Assembly (NCBI GenBank): GCA_029858345.1
Contig: JAOUFG010000002.1
Span: forward strand, 13,903-77,902
Direction: 5' to 3'
DNA: 64,000 nt
Source: Phycisphaerae bacterium
Lineage (GTDB): Bacteria; Planctomycetota; Phycisphaerae; Sedimentisphaerales; Anaerohalosphaeraceae
The notes under the pieces are model-generated. The model made no database searches. It had not been told where the DNA came from and saw nothing but the letters and a program-made list of their open reading frames with translations. The stretch's first letter is position 1. Every line of letters starts with the position of its first letter. The translations under genes and the position numbers were made by a program. Below, one piece after another: positions 55,545-64,000 of the stretch.

Positions 55545-57071
55545 ATGGCAAAAGCATTGATTCAGGTCGCTGTGAAAGCACAAAAGGGTAATTGTTTCAG
55601 GACGGCCGGTGATTTGTTGGCGGTGGGGGTGTTTTCAGATACGCTTGCGGGGTCACTCGCGGAGACGCTGGATGATAAATTGAATGGTAAAATCTCAGAG
55701 CTTAAGCGGATGGGAGATTTTGAGGGCAAGGCCAACACGAGCTGTTTGCTGTACGGGCAGGGGGGTATTTCGGCAAAGCGGATTTTGCTGGTTGGGCTGG
55801 GGGAACGTAAGGCCTTTAAGCCGGAAGTGCTGCGAAAGGTCGCCTCGCAGGCGGTGAGCAAAGCCGTTGACCTGAGAGCTAAATCGGTTTTGCTTTCTTT
55901 GCATGGCGATGTACCGGCCTCGGCGAAGTTGGATATAGCCGCAGTGGGTCAGATGATTACCGAAGCGGCCTGTTTTGGGGCGTATCGTTACGATGAGTTT
56001 GTAACCGAAAAGGGCAAACGTCCGGCCAGTGTCAGGGCGACACTTGTGGACGCGGATGCCAAAAAGGTAACGCTGTTGAAAAAAGGCATTTCAGCCGGAA
56101 TGATTAGCGGTGGAGCGCAGAACTATGCCCGCACCATCGCCAACCGACCCGCCAATGTGGTCAATCCGGTAACGCTGGCGTCAGAGGCAAAGAAGCTGGC
56201 TGCGGCGACACCGGGGCTTCGGTGCACGGTTTTGGACAAAAAACAGCTTGAAAAAAAGGGGATGGGCGGGATATTAGCTGTGGGTCAAGGGTCGGCAACA
56301 CCGCCGCGGCTGATTGTTTTGCAGTATGTACCTGCCAAGGCGAGCAAAAATGCCAAAACGGTCGGTTTGGTCGGCAAAGCGGTGACATTCGATTCCGGCG
56401 GTATCAGTATCAAGCCCGGCGAGGGGATGCATGACATGAAATTCGATAAGTCCGGCGGGATTGCCGTGCTGGGGGCGATGAAAGCAATCGCGAAGCTCAA
56501 ACCCAAGTGCAAAGTCTATGGCTTCATTCCGTCCGCAGAAAACATGCCCGGGGCCGGCAGCTATCGTCCGGGCGATATCATCACGACGTTCAGTGGCAAG
56601 ACAGTGGAGATTCAAAATACGGACGCCGAAGGGCGTATGCTGTTGTGTGACGCCATTGCCTACGCAGAAAAACTCGGCTGCTCAACCATCGTGGATATTG
56701 CCACGCTGACCGGAGCCTGTGTGGTTGCCCTAGGCCAGAAGCGGGCGGGCGTGATGAGTAACGACGACACACTGGTCGAACAACTGAAAGCCGCATCCGC
56801 CAAAACAGGCGAGCGCCTGTGGCATCTGCCCTGTGACGATGAATTTGTCGAAGCGATGAAAAGTAAGATTGCGGACTTGAAAAACATCGGCGGCAAGTGG
56901 GGCGGGGCGTGTACAGCGGCGGCTTTTCTGAGCCAGTTTATAAAAAAAGCCAAATGGGCGCATCTGGACATGGCCGGTGTGGGCGTCTGGGGTGCCAATG
57001 AAAGCGATGCCCCCGGTTCCATCGGGTTTGGAGTTCGATTATTAACTGAATTTGTGTGCCGTACCAAGTGA
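55545..57071 (+). CDS. pepA: Leucyl aminopeptidase (M17)
   Basis: [13 protein letters not shown] signature and [17 protein letters not shown] prefer the ATG at 55545 with a GAGGGA RBS over the track start at 55455. Confidence 0.85.
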   Translation: MAKALIQVAVKAQKGNCFRTAGDLLAVGVFSDTLAGSLAETLDDKLNGKISELKRMGDFEGKANTSCLLYGQGGISAKRILLVGLGERKAFKPEVLRKVASQAVSKAVDLRAKSVLLSLHGDVPASAKLDIAAVGQMITEAACFGAYRYDEFVTEKGKRPASVRATLVDADAKKVTLLKKGISAGMISGGAQNYARTIANRPANVVNPVTLASEAKKLAAATPGLRCTVLDKKQLEKKGMGGILAVGQGSATPPRLIVLQYVPAKASKNAKTVGLVGKAVTFDSGGISIKPGEGMHDMKFDKSGGIAVLGAMKAIAKLKPKCKVYGFIPSAENMPGAGSYRPGDIITTFSGKTVEIQNTDAEGRMLLCDAIAYAEKLGCSTIVDIATLTGACVVALGQKRAGVMSNDDTLVEQLKAASAKTGERLWHLPCDDEFVEAMKSKIADLKNIGGKWGGACTAAAFLSQFIKKAKWAHLDMAGVGVWGANESDAPGSIGFGVRLLTEFVCRTK

Positions 57072-57090
57072 GACTAAAGAAAGACGATCC

Positions 57091-57663
57091 ATGAAAGAGA
57101 TAGATATCAAACGAATTGAAAAAGCTGTTCTGGAAATCCTAGAGGCCGTTCGTGAAAATCCCCAACGGGAAGGATTAAAAGAAACTCCGGCTCGTGTGGC
57201 TCACATGTATGCGGAATTACTTGAAGGGATGCGGCACGAACCATCGGAACATTTGAGCAGTATATTCCATGAAAAATATGACGAGATTGTATTGCTGCGG
57301 GATATTCCTTTTTACAGTATTTGTGAACATCACTTGATGCCGTTTATCGGCAAAGCCCATCTCGCGTATTTGCCGGATGGTAAAGTACTGGGTGTCAGTA
57401 AACTGGCCCGGATTGTGGATGCGTTTGCCCGGAGATTACAGGTTCAGGAGCGGCTGACCGACCAGATTGCGGATTTCCTGATGGTCAATCTCAAGCCCCA
57501 AGGCGTAGCGGTTGTATTGGAGGCATCACATAGCTGTATGACCATACGCGGAATCAAAAAACCCGGATCAATGATGGTGACAAGTGCCTTACGCGGCATC
57601 TTTAAGAAAGATTCGCGGAGCCGATCAGAAGTGCTGACGTTAATGCATGTGGATAGACAATAA
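57091..57663 (+). CDS. folE: GTP cyclohydrolase I
   Basis: ICEHHLMPF and SHSCMTIRG motifs. ATG at 57091. Confidence 0.85.
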   Translation: MKEIDIKRIEKAVLEILEAVRENPQREGLKETPARVAHMYAELLEGMRHEPSEHLSSIFHEKYDEIVLLRDIPFYSICEHHLMPFIGKAHLAYLPDGKVLGVSKLARIVDAFARRLQVQERLTDQIADFLMVNLKPQGVAVVLEASHSCMTIRGIKKPGSMMVTSALRGIFKKDSRSRSEVLTLMHVDRQ

Positions 57664-58478
57664 TGCATACGTTGAGCCGTCAGATCCGTTTTTCCATGGA
57701 TCCATTTTCCGCAGAACGGGAAATGGGGTATAATTCCTACGCCTCAAAACCCTGTGTTAAGGGTTTGGGTCTTTACCTTGCCTTGTGGGTCGATTTGAAG
57801 AGCCGGCTGAACCCGGATACGGGGTTTGTCGTTAATGTTTCGGAAATTGATAAAATCGTTCATCAAACGGCCATTCCGATTTTCATACAGATGATTTCGA
57901 GTGCATTTACAGCACAGCAAACAGTTTCATTATCGGGGCTGGCCTCAATACTGAAGCGATGCTGGAAAGCAATACAAACAGGATTCCGGACGAATGAACT
58001 GATACAGCTTCGTTTGGAATTGAGTCCCTTTCAAACAATTTCAATCGAAGCGGAGGATGCCGGAATGTTTACGTATGGTGAGAAATTTGAATTTGCCGCG
58101 ATGCATCGGCTTTGGAACGAAAAATTTGATGCAGCGAAAAATACGGAATTATTCGGTAAATGTGCCAATCCTGCCGGACACGGGCATAATTATATTCTGG
58201 AGGTGCAGGTCCAGTGCCAAACCCCTTTGCTGGATGCCGGATGGAAAGTGGATTACCAGAAAGTAATCAAAGAAGAGTTCCTGGATAGTGTTGACCATAA
58301 AAACCTGAATGAAGACGTTCCCGAATTCAGAACTTTGAACCCGACGGTCGAAAATTTATCCTTTTTGGCATGGCAGAAGCTGGCCGGGAAGCTGAAAAAC
58401 GCGAAATTATACAAAGTGACTGTGTGGGAAAATGACCGTACATGCTGCAGCTACACTTCACATGAACAAAATGGGTAG
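57663..58478 (+). CDS. 6-pyruvoyl-tetrahydropterin / 6-carboxy-tetrahydropterin synthase family protein (two-lobe)
   Basis: CANPAGHGHNY and DHKNLNEDVPEF motifs. It overlaps the folE stop. Confidence 0.7.
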   Translation: MHTLSRQIRFSMDPFSAEREMGYNSYASKPCVKGLGLYLALWVDLKSRLNPDTGFVVNVSEIDKIVHQTAIPIFIQMISSAFTAQQTVSLSGLASILKRCWKAIQTGFRTNELIQLRLELSPFQTISIEAEDAGMFTYGEKFEFAAMHRLWNEKFDAAKNTELFGKCANPAGHGHNYILEVQVQCQTPLLDAGWKVDYQKVIKEEFLDSVDHKNLNEDVPEFRTLNPTVENLSFLAWQKLAGKLKNAKLYKVTVWENDRTCCSYTSHEQNG

Positions 58479-58822
58479 GTATAGCATATAATTTGGGTGC
58501 AAAAAACAACTTTCATGCAGAATGGAAGATGCAGGAATTTATTCTAAACTCTTGTTAACTATGGCTTAATGAATAGCCGATAAATACATTGATTGCCTTT
58601 ACGGCAGTCGATATTTCAAATTTCAGATCTTGGAAAATGTTGTTTTCTTTCCGGGATGAACAGCGTGAAAATGCGTTTTTCACGCCAATGAGTCGGTTTG
58701 ATTGCTTTATGCGCAACCGACGGGCACGGAGTGTAGGATGGCTTAATGATTTAGGAGAAATGTTGGGTGTCTTACATTTTCCGTTTGTTATTTAAACCGT
58801 TTATTAAAAAGGGGTTACGTGA

Positions 58823-60112
58823 ATGAGAGTGGCAGCGGTAGGTGTTGGCTATGTCGGATTGGTGGCTGCGGCGTGTTTGGCCGATGGCGGCAATCATGTT
58901 GTCTGTGTTGACACTGACAAAAAGAAGATTGAAAACCTCCGGAATGGAGTTATTCCCATCTATGAACCGGGGCTGACTGAAATTGTCAAAAAGAATGTCG
59001 AAGCAGGACGTTTAATCTTTACCACAGACCTTCAAGAAGGGATCGATAACTCACTGGTGGTCTTTATCGGAGTCGGTACTCCCAGTGCGGCCGATGGTTC
59101 GGCGGATATTTCGGCGGTGCTGTCGGTGGCCGAATCGATTGCCGAGATGATGACCGAATACCGCATTATTGTGACCAAAAGCACCGTTCCGGTCGGGACC
59201 CACAAAATCGTCAGCGATTTGATTGCTTCCAAGACCGAAGTGCCGTTTGACTACGTCAGCAACCCGGAATTTCTGAAAGAAGGGTCGGCGGTCGATGACT
59301 TCCTCAAGCCCGACCGGGTGATCATCGGGACGACCAATCCGGCGGTCATGGAGATTATGAAGGTCCTGTACGGGCCGTTTATGCGAAAAAGCAGCCGGAT
59401 CCTGTTTATGGACCCGGCCAGTGCGGAAATGACCAAATATGCCGCCAATACCATGCTGGCGACCCGTATTTCATTCATGAATGAGTTGAGCGCCCTGTGC
59501 GATCAGTTTGGGGCAGACATTGAAAGTGTCCGTTCCGGCCTCGGCAGCGACAGCCGCATTGGAAACGCGTTTTTGTTTGCCGGTGTGGGCTATGGCGGCA
59601 GTTGCTTTCCCAAGGACGTCCGGGCGCTCATTCACATGGGCAACGAAAATGGGGTTTCCATGACCATTGCCAAGGCCGTTCAGCAGGCCAATCTTGATCA
59701 GCATGATCGCTTCGCCCAAAAGATACTCAGTTATTTTGAGGGCCAAAAAAATATTCAGTTAGGTGTATGGGGACTGGCATTCAAGGCAAGGACGGATGAC
59801 ACGCGTGAATCGCCGGCGCTTTATTGCATGGAGAAGTTTCTTGATGCCGGGATGACCATTACGGCGTTTGACCCGGAAGCGGAATGTCCTGATTTTGATA
59901 CAAAAATCAGCCGGGTTCAGAATGCTTATGATGTTTTAGCCGGTTCCGATGCGCTGGTCATTTTCACCGACTGGCAGGAGTTCCGCACGCCGGACTTTGA
60001 ACAGATCGCACAAGGTCTGAACAAGCCGGTTATTTTCGACGGCCGCAATCTTTACAGCCCTGCGTTTGTCAAAAAGCAGGGGCTGGAGTACTACAGTATC
60101 GGACGGGCTTGA
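58823..60112 (+). CDS. ugd: UDP-glucose 6-dehydrogenase
   Basis: N-terminal Rossmann VGVGYVGLV, GGSCFPKD catalytic Cys motif, and length. Confidence 0.85.
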   Translation: MRVAAVGVGYVGLVAAACLADGGNHVVCVDTDKKKIENLRNGVIPIYEPGLTEIVKKNVEAGRLIFTTDLQEGIDNSLVVFIGVGTPSAADGSADISAVLSVAESIAEMMTEYRIIVTKSTVPVGTHKIVSDLIASKTEVPFDYVSNPEFLKEGSAVDDFLKPDRVIIGTTNPAVMEIMKVLYGPFMRKSSRILFMDPASAEMTKYAANTMLATRISFMNELSALCDQFGADIESVRSGLGSDSRIGNAFLFAGVGYGGSCFPKDVRALIHMGNENGVSMTIAKAVQQANLDQHDRFAQKILSYFEGQKNIQLGVWGLAFKARTDDTRESPALYCMEKFLDAGMTITAFDPEAECPDFDTKISRVQNAYDVLAGSDALVIFTDWQEFRTPDFEQIAQGLNKPVIFDGRNLYSPAFVKKQGLEYYSIGRA

Positions 60113-60116
60113 GAGA

Positions 60117-60151
60117 TATCAGATATCAGATATCAGATTTCAGAAGTCAGA
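60117..60151. repeat. Five tandem heptads NNTCAGA upstream of the four-helix-bundle gene
   Basis: TATCAGA x3, TTTCAGA, AGTCAGA, ending 4 nt before the ATG at 60156. Confidence 0.8.
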
Positions 60152-60155
60152 AAAG

Positions 60156-60506
60156 ATGAAAGATTTCAGAGAATTACAAGTTTGGCACAAAGCCCATAAG
60201 TTAACATTAGAGGTTTATAAAGCATCTGCCGCGTTTCCAAAAGCAGAGATGTATGGTCTGTCCGCTCAAATCAGGAGAGCTGTTGCTTCGATTGCGACCA
60301 ATATTGCGGAAGGGTGCGGCAGAGGAAGCAATAAAGAGCTCAAGCAATTTTTGCAGATATCGATGGGGTCAGCATCAGAAGTTGAATACCAAAATTTACT
60401 GTCGTATGAATTAGGTTATATAGATCGCAAGGTTTATGATGACTTAGACGCGAGTGTTCAGGAAGTGAAAAAGATGCTTTCAAGTTATATTGTCAAGATT
60501 AACTGA
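60156..60506 (+). CDS. Four-helix-bundle protein ('23S rRNA intervening-sequence protein' family)
   Basis: FRELQVWHKAHKLTLEVYK...QIRRAVASIATNIAEGCGR is the family hallmark. The track start at 60066 overlaps ugd and is over-extended. Confidence 0.8.
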   Translation: MKDFRELQVWHKAHKLTLEVYKASAAFPKAEMYGLSAQIRRAVASIATNIAEGCGRGSNKELKQFLQISMGSASEVEYQNLLSYELGYIDRKVYDDLDASVQEVKKMLSSYIVKIN

Positions 60507-60523
60507 CATCTGACTTCTGACCT
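60503..60523. repeat. Three tandem heptads CTGACNT, the inverted counterpart of the upstream array
   Basis: CTGACAT CTGACTT CTGACCT. TCTGACTTCTGA (60509-60520) is the exact reverse complement of TCAGAAGTCAGA (60140-60151). Confidence 0.8.
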
Positions 60524-60541
60524 CTTGTTTTGAGGAATATT

Positions 60542-61603
60542 ATGACGAAAAAAATACTCGTTACCGGAACGGCGGGTTTTATTGGGTATCATGTTGCGCA
60601 GCGGCTGATGGACCGCGGCGATACCGTGGTGGGGCTGGACAGTATCAATGATTATTACGATCCGCGTGTCAAATACGGGCGTCTGGCCAATACCGGGATC
60701 GAAAAAGACCGCATTGAATACAATAAACAGATCCCCAGCCGCACGTCGGACAACTATTCATTCATCCAGCTCAACCTGGAGGACCGGGTCAATATCGATG
60801 CCCTGTTTGCCCATGAGAAGTTTGACAGGGTCTGTCACCTGGCGGCGCAGGCGGGCGTACGGTACAGCTTGATCAATCCGCAGGCCTATATCGACTCGAA
60901 TATTGTTGGTTTCGTCAATATCCTGGAGGGCTGCCGTCATACGGATGTCGAGCATCTGGCCTATGCCAGCAGTTCCAGTGTTTACGGCCTGAATGAATCC
61001 ATGCCGTTTTCGACCCGCGACAATGTGGATCATCCGGTGAGTTTGTACGCCGCGAGCAAGAAATCCAACGAATTGATGGCCCATACCTACAGCCACCTCT
61101 TTGGAGTGCCGACAACCGGCCTGAGATTTTTTACCGTGTACGGGCCATGGGGTCGACCGGATATGGCGCTTTTTTTATTCACCAAGGCGATTCTGGAAAA
61201 TCAGCCCATCGATGTGTTTAACTACGGCAAAATGCGGCGGGATTTTACCTATATTGATGATATCGTTGAAGGTGTCGTTCGCGTGATTGACCACCCGCCG
61301 CAGGGCAGGCCCGACTGGAGCGGGAAGACCCCGGATCCATCCTGCTCGAAGGCTCCGTACAAAATCTATAACATCGGCAACAGCTCCCCCGTCGAATTGA
61401 TGGATTTTATCGAGGCGATTGAAAAGGCATTAGGCAAAAAGGCACAGAAAAACATGCTGCCCATCCAGCCCGGGGACGTTCCGGCGACGTGGGCCGATGT
61501 CAGCGACCTGGTTGAGGATTTGAAGTATCAGCCCAATACGTCGATCCAGGTTGGCGTTGAGCGGTTTATTGCATGGTATAGAGAGTTCTATAAGTGTTCG
61601 TAG
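60542..61603 (+). CDS. NAD-dependent nucleotide-sugar epimerase (UDP-glucuronate 4-epimerase-like)
   Basis: [11 protein letters not shown] Rossmann motif and YAASKKSNE (YxxxK). Confidence 0.8.
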   Translation: MTKKILVTGTAGFIGYHVAQRLMDRGDTVVGLDSINDYYDPRVKYGRLANTGIEKDRIEYNKQIPSRTSDNYSFIQLNLEDRVNIDALFAHEKFDRVCHLAAQAGVRYSLINPQAYIDSNIVGFVNILEGCRHTDVEHLAYASSSSVYGLNESMPFSTRDNVDHPVSLYAASKKSNELMAHTYSHLFGVPTTGLRFFTVYGPWGRPDMALFLFTKAILENQPIDVFNYGKMRRDFTYIDDIVEGVVRVIDHPPQGRPDWSGKTPDPSCSKAPYKIYNIGNSSPVELMDFIEAIEKALGKKAQKNMLPIQPGDVPATWADVSDLVEDLKYQPNTSIQVGVERFIAWYREFYKCS

Positions 61604-61704
61604 TTCGTAGTTGTGGAGTTCCGACGAGTCTGGATGATGAATTGAGTGATATAAACTAATGGCTGACGGCGGATGGCTGAAAGCTAAACTAAACGGAGTG
61701 TTTC

Positions 61705-62805
61705 ATGCAGGTACCTTTATTGGATTTGAAAGCGCAGTATGCGACGATCAAGGAAGAAGTATTAGCGAAGATAAACCAAGTGTTGGATTCCCAGCGCTGC
61801 ATCGGCGGCCCCATGGTCGAAGAACTCGAATGTGCCATTGCCGGAGTCTGTAATTGCAAGTACGCCATTGGTGTTTCCAGCGGTACAGACGCTCTGGTTA
61901 ACAGCTTAATGAGCTTAGGCATCGGCGAAGGCGACGAGGTCATTACCACCCCGTTTACCTTTTTTGCTACGGCCGGCAGTATCGCTCGTGTGGGAGCGGT
62001 GCCGGTCTTTGTGGATATCGACCCGGTCACCTATAACATCAATCCCGCAATCATTGAGGCGGCGATTACGAAAAAGACCAAGGCCGTTATGCCCGTGCAC
62101 CTGTTCGGCCAGATGGCGGACATGGACCCGATCATGCAGATCGCCGGTCAGGCCTCATTGGCGGTCATTGAAGACGCCGCCCAGGCGATCTCGGCGACCT
62201 ATAAAGGCAAAAAGGCGGGCCAGATCGGCACCTGCGGTTGCTTTAGCTTCTTTCCCAGCAAGAACCTCGGCGGCATCGGCGACGGCGGCATGATCGTCAC
62301 CAATGATGAACAGTTGTACCATCGGCTCTTTATCATGCGGAACCACGGGATGGAACCGAAGTATTATCACAAATACATCGGCGGCAACTTCCGGCTGGAT
62401 CCGATTCAGGCCGCGGCCCTGCTGGTGAAACTGCCTCATCTGGACGACTGGTCCGAAGGCCGCCGGAAGAACGCGGCCTATTACGACAAAAAATTCAAGG
62501 GGTCGGTTGTCCAGACGCCGGTGATCTCAGACGATTGTGTTTCAATCTATAACCAGTATGTGATTCGCCTGCCGCGCCGGGACGAGGTGGTGAAGCACCT
62601 TCAGGCCAACGGAATCGGCTGCGATATTTATTACCCCGTTCCGATGCATCTGCAGGAGTGCTTTGCCTATCTGGGCCAGGGGGTCGGGACGTGCCCGGAG
62701 GCGGAAAAAGCCGCCAAAGAAGTCATGGCCCTGCCGGTTTACCCGGAACTGACCGATGCAATGCAGGACCACGTGGTGGACACGATTCTGGACTTCCTTT
62801 CGTAA
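61705..62805 (+). CDS. DegT/DnrJ/EryC1-family PLP aminotransferase
   Basis: VPLLDLKAQY start and FFPSKNLG (PLP lysine) motif. Confidence 0.85.
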   Translation: MQVPLLDLKAQYATIKEEVLAKINQVLDSQRCIGGPMVEELECAIAGVCNCKYAIGVSSGTDALVNSLMSLGIGEGDEVITTPFTFFATAGSIARVGAVPVFVDIDPVTYNINPAIIEAAITKKTKAVMPVHLFGQMADMDPIMQIAGQASLAVIEDAAQAISATYKGKKAGQIGTCGCFSFFPSKNLGGIGDGGMIVTNDEQLYHRLFIMRNHGMEPKYYHKYIGGNFRLDPIQAAALLVKLPHLDDWSEGRRKNAAYYDKKFKGSVVQTPVISDDCVSIYNQYVIRLPRRDEVVKHLQANGIGCDIYYPVPMHLQECFAYLGQGVGTCPEAEKAAKEVMALPVYPELTDAMQDHVVDTILDFLS

Positions 62806-62816
62806 AGAGATTGAAC

Positions 62817-62843
62817 CACGAATGCACACGAATCAGCACGAAT
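62817..62843 (+). repeat. Three CACGAAT direct repeats at 10-bp spacing upstream of the HEPN-MNT pair
   Basis: CACGAAT at 62817, 62827 and 62837. Confidence 0.7.
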
Positions 62844-62905
62844 TTGTTTTTAAATGGATTTCAAAGTCAGTGTAATGTTGTCATCCCGAGCGGTATCGAG
62901 GGACT

Positions 62906-63301
62906 GTGGATAAACAGGCGATTGTAAAATATTGGATCGAAACATCCGATAAGGATTACCACACGGTCCAGAGTCTATTTGCTTCGGGTGATTATCACTG
63001 GGCTCTTTTCATCGGTCATCTTGTTTTGGAAAAGCTTTTCAAGGCGCTGTATGTCAAGACAATTGCACAAAGTCCTCCTCGGACTCACGATCTTGCCCGG
63101 CTTGCTGAAAAATGCAATCTTTATCTTCATGGTGAAATGCTCGATAAACTTGAGTTGATCACACGGTTCAATTTGAGTGTTCGTTATCCGGACTATCAGC
63201 AGGAAGTGTATAAGATTTGTACAAAAGAGTTTTCCTTTGAGGTGCTTCAATCCATTAACGAGGTAAGAGTATGGTTGCAAAACCTGATCAAAACATCCTG
63301 A
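62906..63301 (+). CDS. HEPN domain protein
   Basis: About 130 aa, helical, PPRTHDL (R-x4-H-like) motif. It overlaps the downstream NTase gene by 31 nt. Confidence 0.65.
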   Translation: MDKQAIVKYWIETSDKDYHTVQSLFASGDYHWALFIGHLVLEKLFKALYVKTIAQSPPRTHDLARLAEKCNLYLHGEMLDKLELITRFNLSVRYPDYQQEVYKICTKEFSFEVLQSINEVRVWLQNLIKTS

Positions 63302-63582
63302 AAACAGTTGGCGCCTATGTGGATGTTCTACGTGCGAACCAAACGGAGTTTGAGTCGATATGGCTGTTTGGTTCCTTCGCAGAAAAACGGGCTGATGAGG
63401 ACAGTGATATTGATATTGCTCTGGTGATGCCGGCTGTCAAAGTGAAATTCTTCAAGGAAGTCGAACTGACACGGTATCGAAGAGAGATCGATAGCCGAAT
63501 TGAGCCGCATATCATTAACGCAGCTGATCTGGAATCCCCGTTTTATCAGGAAGTTGTATTGCGAGGCGTCAAAATCGCTTGA
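63271..63582 (+). CDS. Minimal nucleotidyltransferase (MNT)
   Basis: LFGSFAEKRADEDSDIDIAL = the GS-x9-DxD NTase motif. Confidence 0.75.
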   Translation: MVAKPDQNILKTVGAYVDVLRANQTEFESIWLFGSFAEKRADEDSDIDIALVMPAVKVKFFKEVELTRYRREIDSRIEPHIINAADLESPFYQEVVLRGVKIA

Positions 63583-63738
63583 ATGGATTTTTGTTTTATG
63601 CCTTTAAGGGTAGTCATTTTCAGCGGATAAACCCCTGATCTGAGTTTGAAACAACACAAAGCAGTTCAAAAATTTTTTACCGTGAACAGTATAATAATCT
63701 GTGTAATCTGTGGACAATAAACTAATGGAGAAATGGTA

Positions 63739-64000
63739 ATGGCGAAGAAAGTCATGACGCTTCAGCAGAAAATTGACGCGAAGAGGGCCGTGGTTGGGAT
63801 TTTGGGGCTGGGTTATGTCGGCCTGCCGCTGGCACGGGAGTTCGCCGAGGCCGGCGTGAAGGTGCTGGGCTTTGACATTGACGACAAGAAGATTAAAAAG
63901 CTCAATTCCGGAAAAAGCATCTTAAAGACCGTTTCGAATGCTTCGGTTAAACAAATGGTTGCTTCTAAAAAGTTCAGTGCGACGACCAACATGGCGCGTA
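63739..64000 (+). CDS. Nucleotide-sugar dehydrogenase (UDP-ManNAc/GlcNAc dehydrogenase-like), 5' partial, runs off the right edge
   Basis: My translation from the ATG at 63739 is MAKKVMTLQQKIDAKRAVVGILGLGYVGLPLAREFAEAGVKVLGFDID..., a Rossmann GxGxVG motif with no stop in the window. Confidence 0.7.
   Translation, partial: MAKKVMTLQQKIDAKRAVVGILGLGYVGLPLAREFAEAGVKVLGFDIDDKKIKKLNSGKSILKTVSNASVKQMVASKKFSATTNMAR

Noticed and set aside
57091-58478. folE plus the queD-like gene as part of a 7-deazaguanine DNA-modification system linked to the QueC-like QatC
   Set aside because: They lie about 55 kb from qatC, on the far side of the prophage and tRNA gene, embedded among housekeeping genes (prfB, pepA). 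No tgt/dpdA-like gene is present.
58589-58795. 68-aa ORF in the ugd leader
   Set aside because: No RBS and an odd composition, and it spans a terminator-like hairpin. Treated as non-coding leader sequence.

Overview
Calls rest on ORF layout, motifs I recognise by eye and hand-folded repeats or hairpins; no homology search was run. The window has four blocks.

(1) 1-15.7 kb: a co-directional minus-strand defence island. It holds an SNF2 helicase, a large beta-class N6/N4 DNA methyltransferase and a type III Res-like helicase whose nuclease motif looks degenerate. These are followed by a NucS-like PD-(D/E)xK nuclease, a complete QatABCD system (KAP NTPase, QatB, QueC-like, TatD), then a small ORF and a partial nuclease-like ORF at the left edge.

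(2) 16.1-19.1 kb: a self-contained plus-strand two-gene module with its own promoter and intrinsic terminator. It encodes a pRiA4b-ORF3/MM3350-like protein and a 729-aa protein with no motif I recognise. It sits between the defence island and a prophage, and is my best candidate for an undescribed system.

(3) about 19.1-51.9 kb: a siphovirus-like temperate prophage ending in xis/int next to the 3' end of tRNA-Phe(GAA).
- Replication and recombination: PD-(D/E)xK exonuclease, Sak4-like ATPase, DUF669, Hjc-like resolvase, SF2 helicase, primase-polymerase.
- Structural: TerL, lambda-type portal, protease-capsid fusion, tail tube, tape measure, fibre.
- Unusual features: two phage sigma factors, a GGACATG iteron/palindrome field, a tRNA-like element, and a promoter-hairpin-terminator small-RNA candidate.

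(4) 52-64 kb: host genes. These are an ECF sigma plus an anti-sigma/DUF1559-like hybrid, prfB with its +1 frameshift, pepA, folE, a queD-like gene and a nucleotide-sugar cluster. The cluster carries small inserted genes: a four-helix-bundle '23S IVS' protein flanked by inverted heptad arrays, and a HEPN-MNT pair.

The DUF1559-like domain suggests a Planctomycetota/PVC host (inference). The left prophage attachment site was not found.
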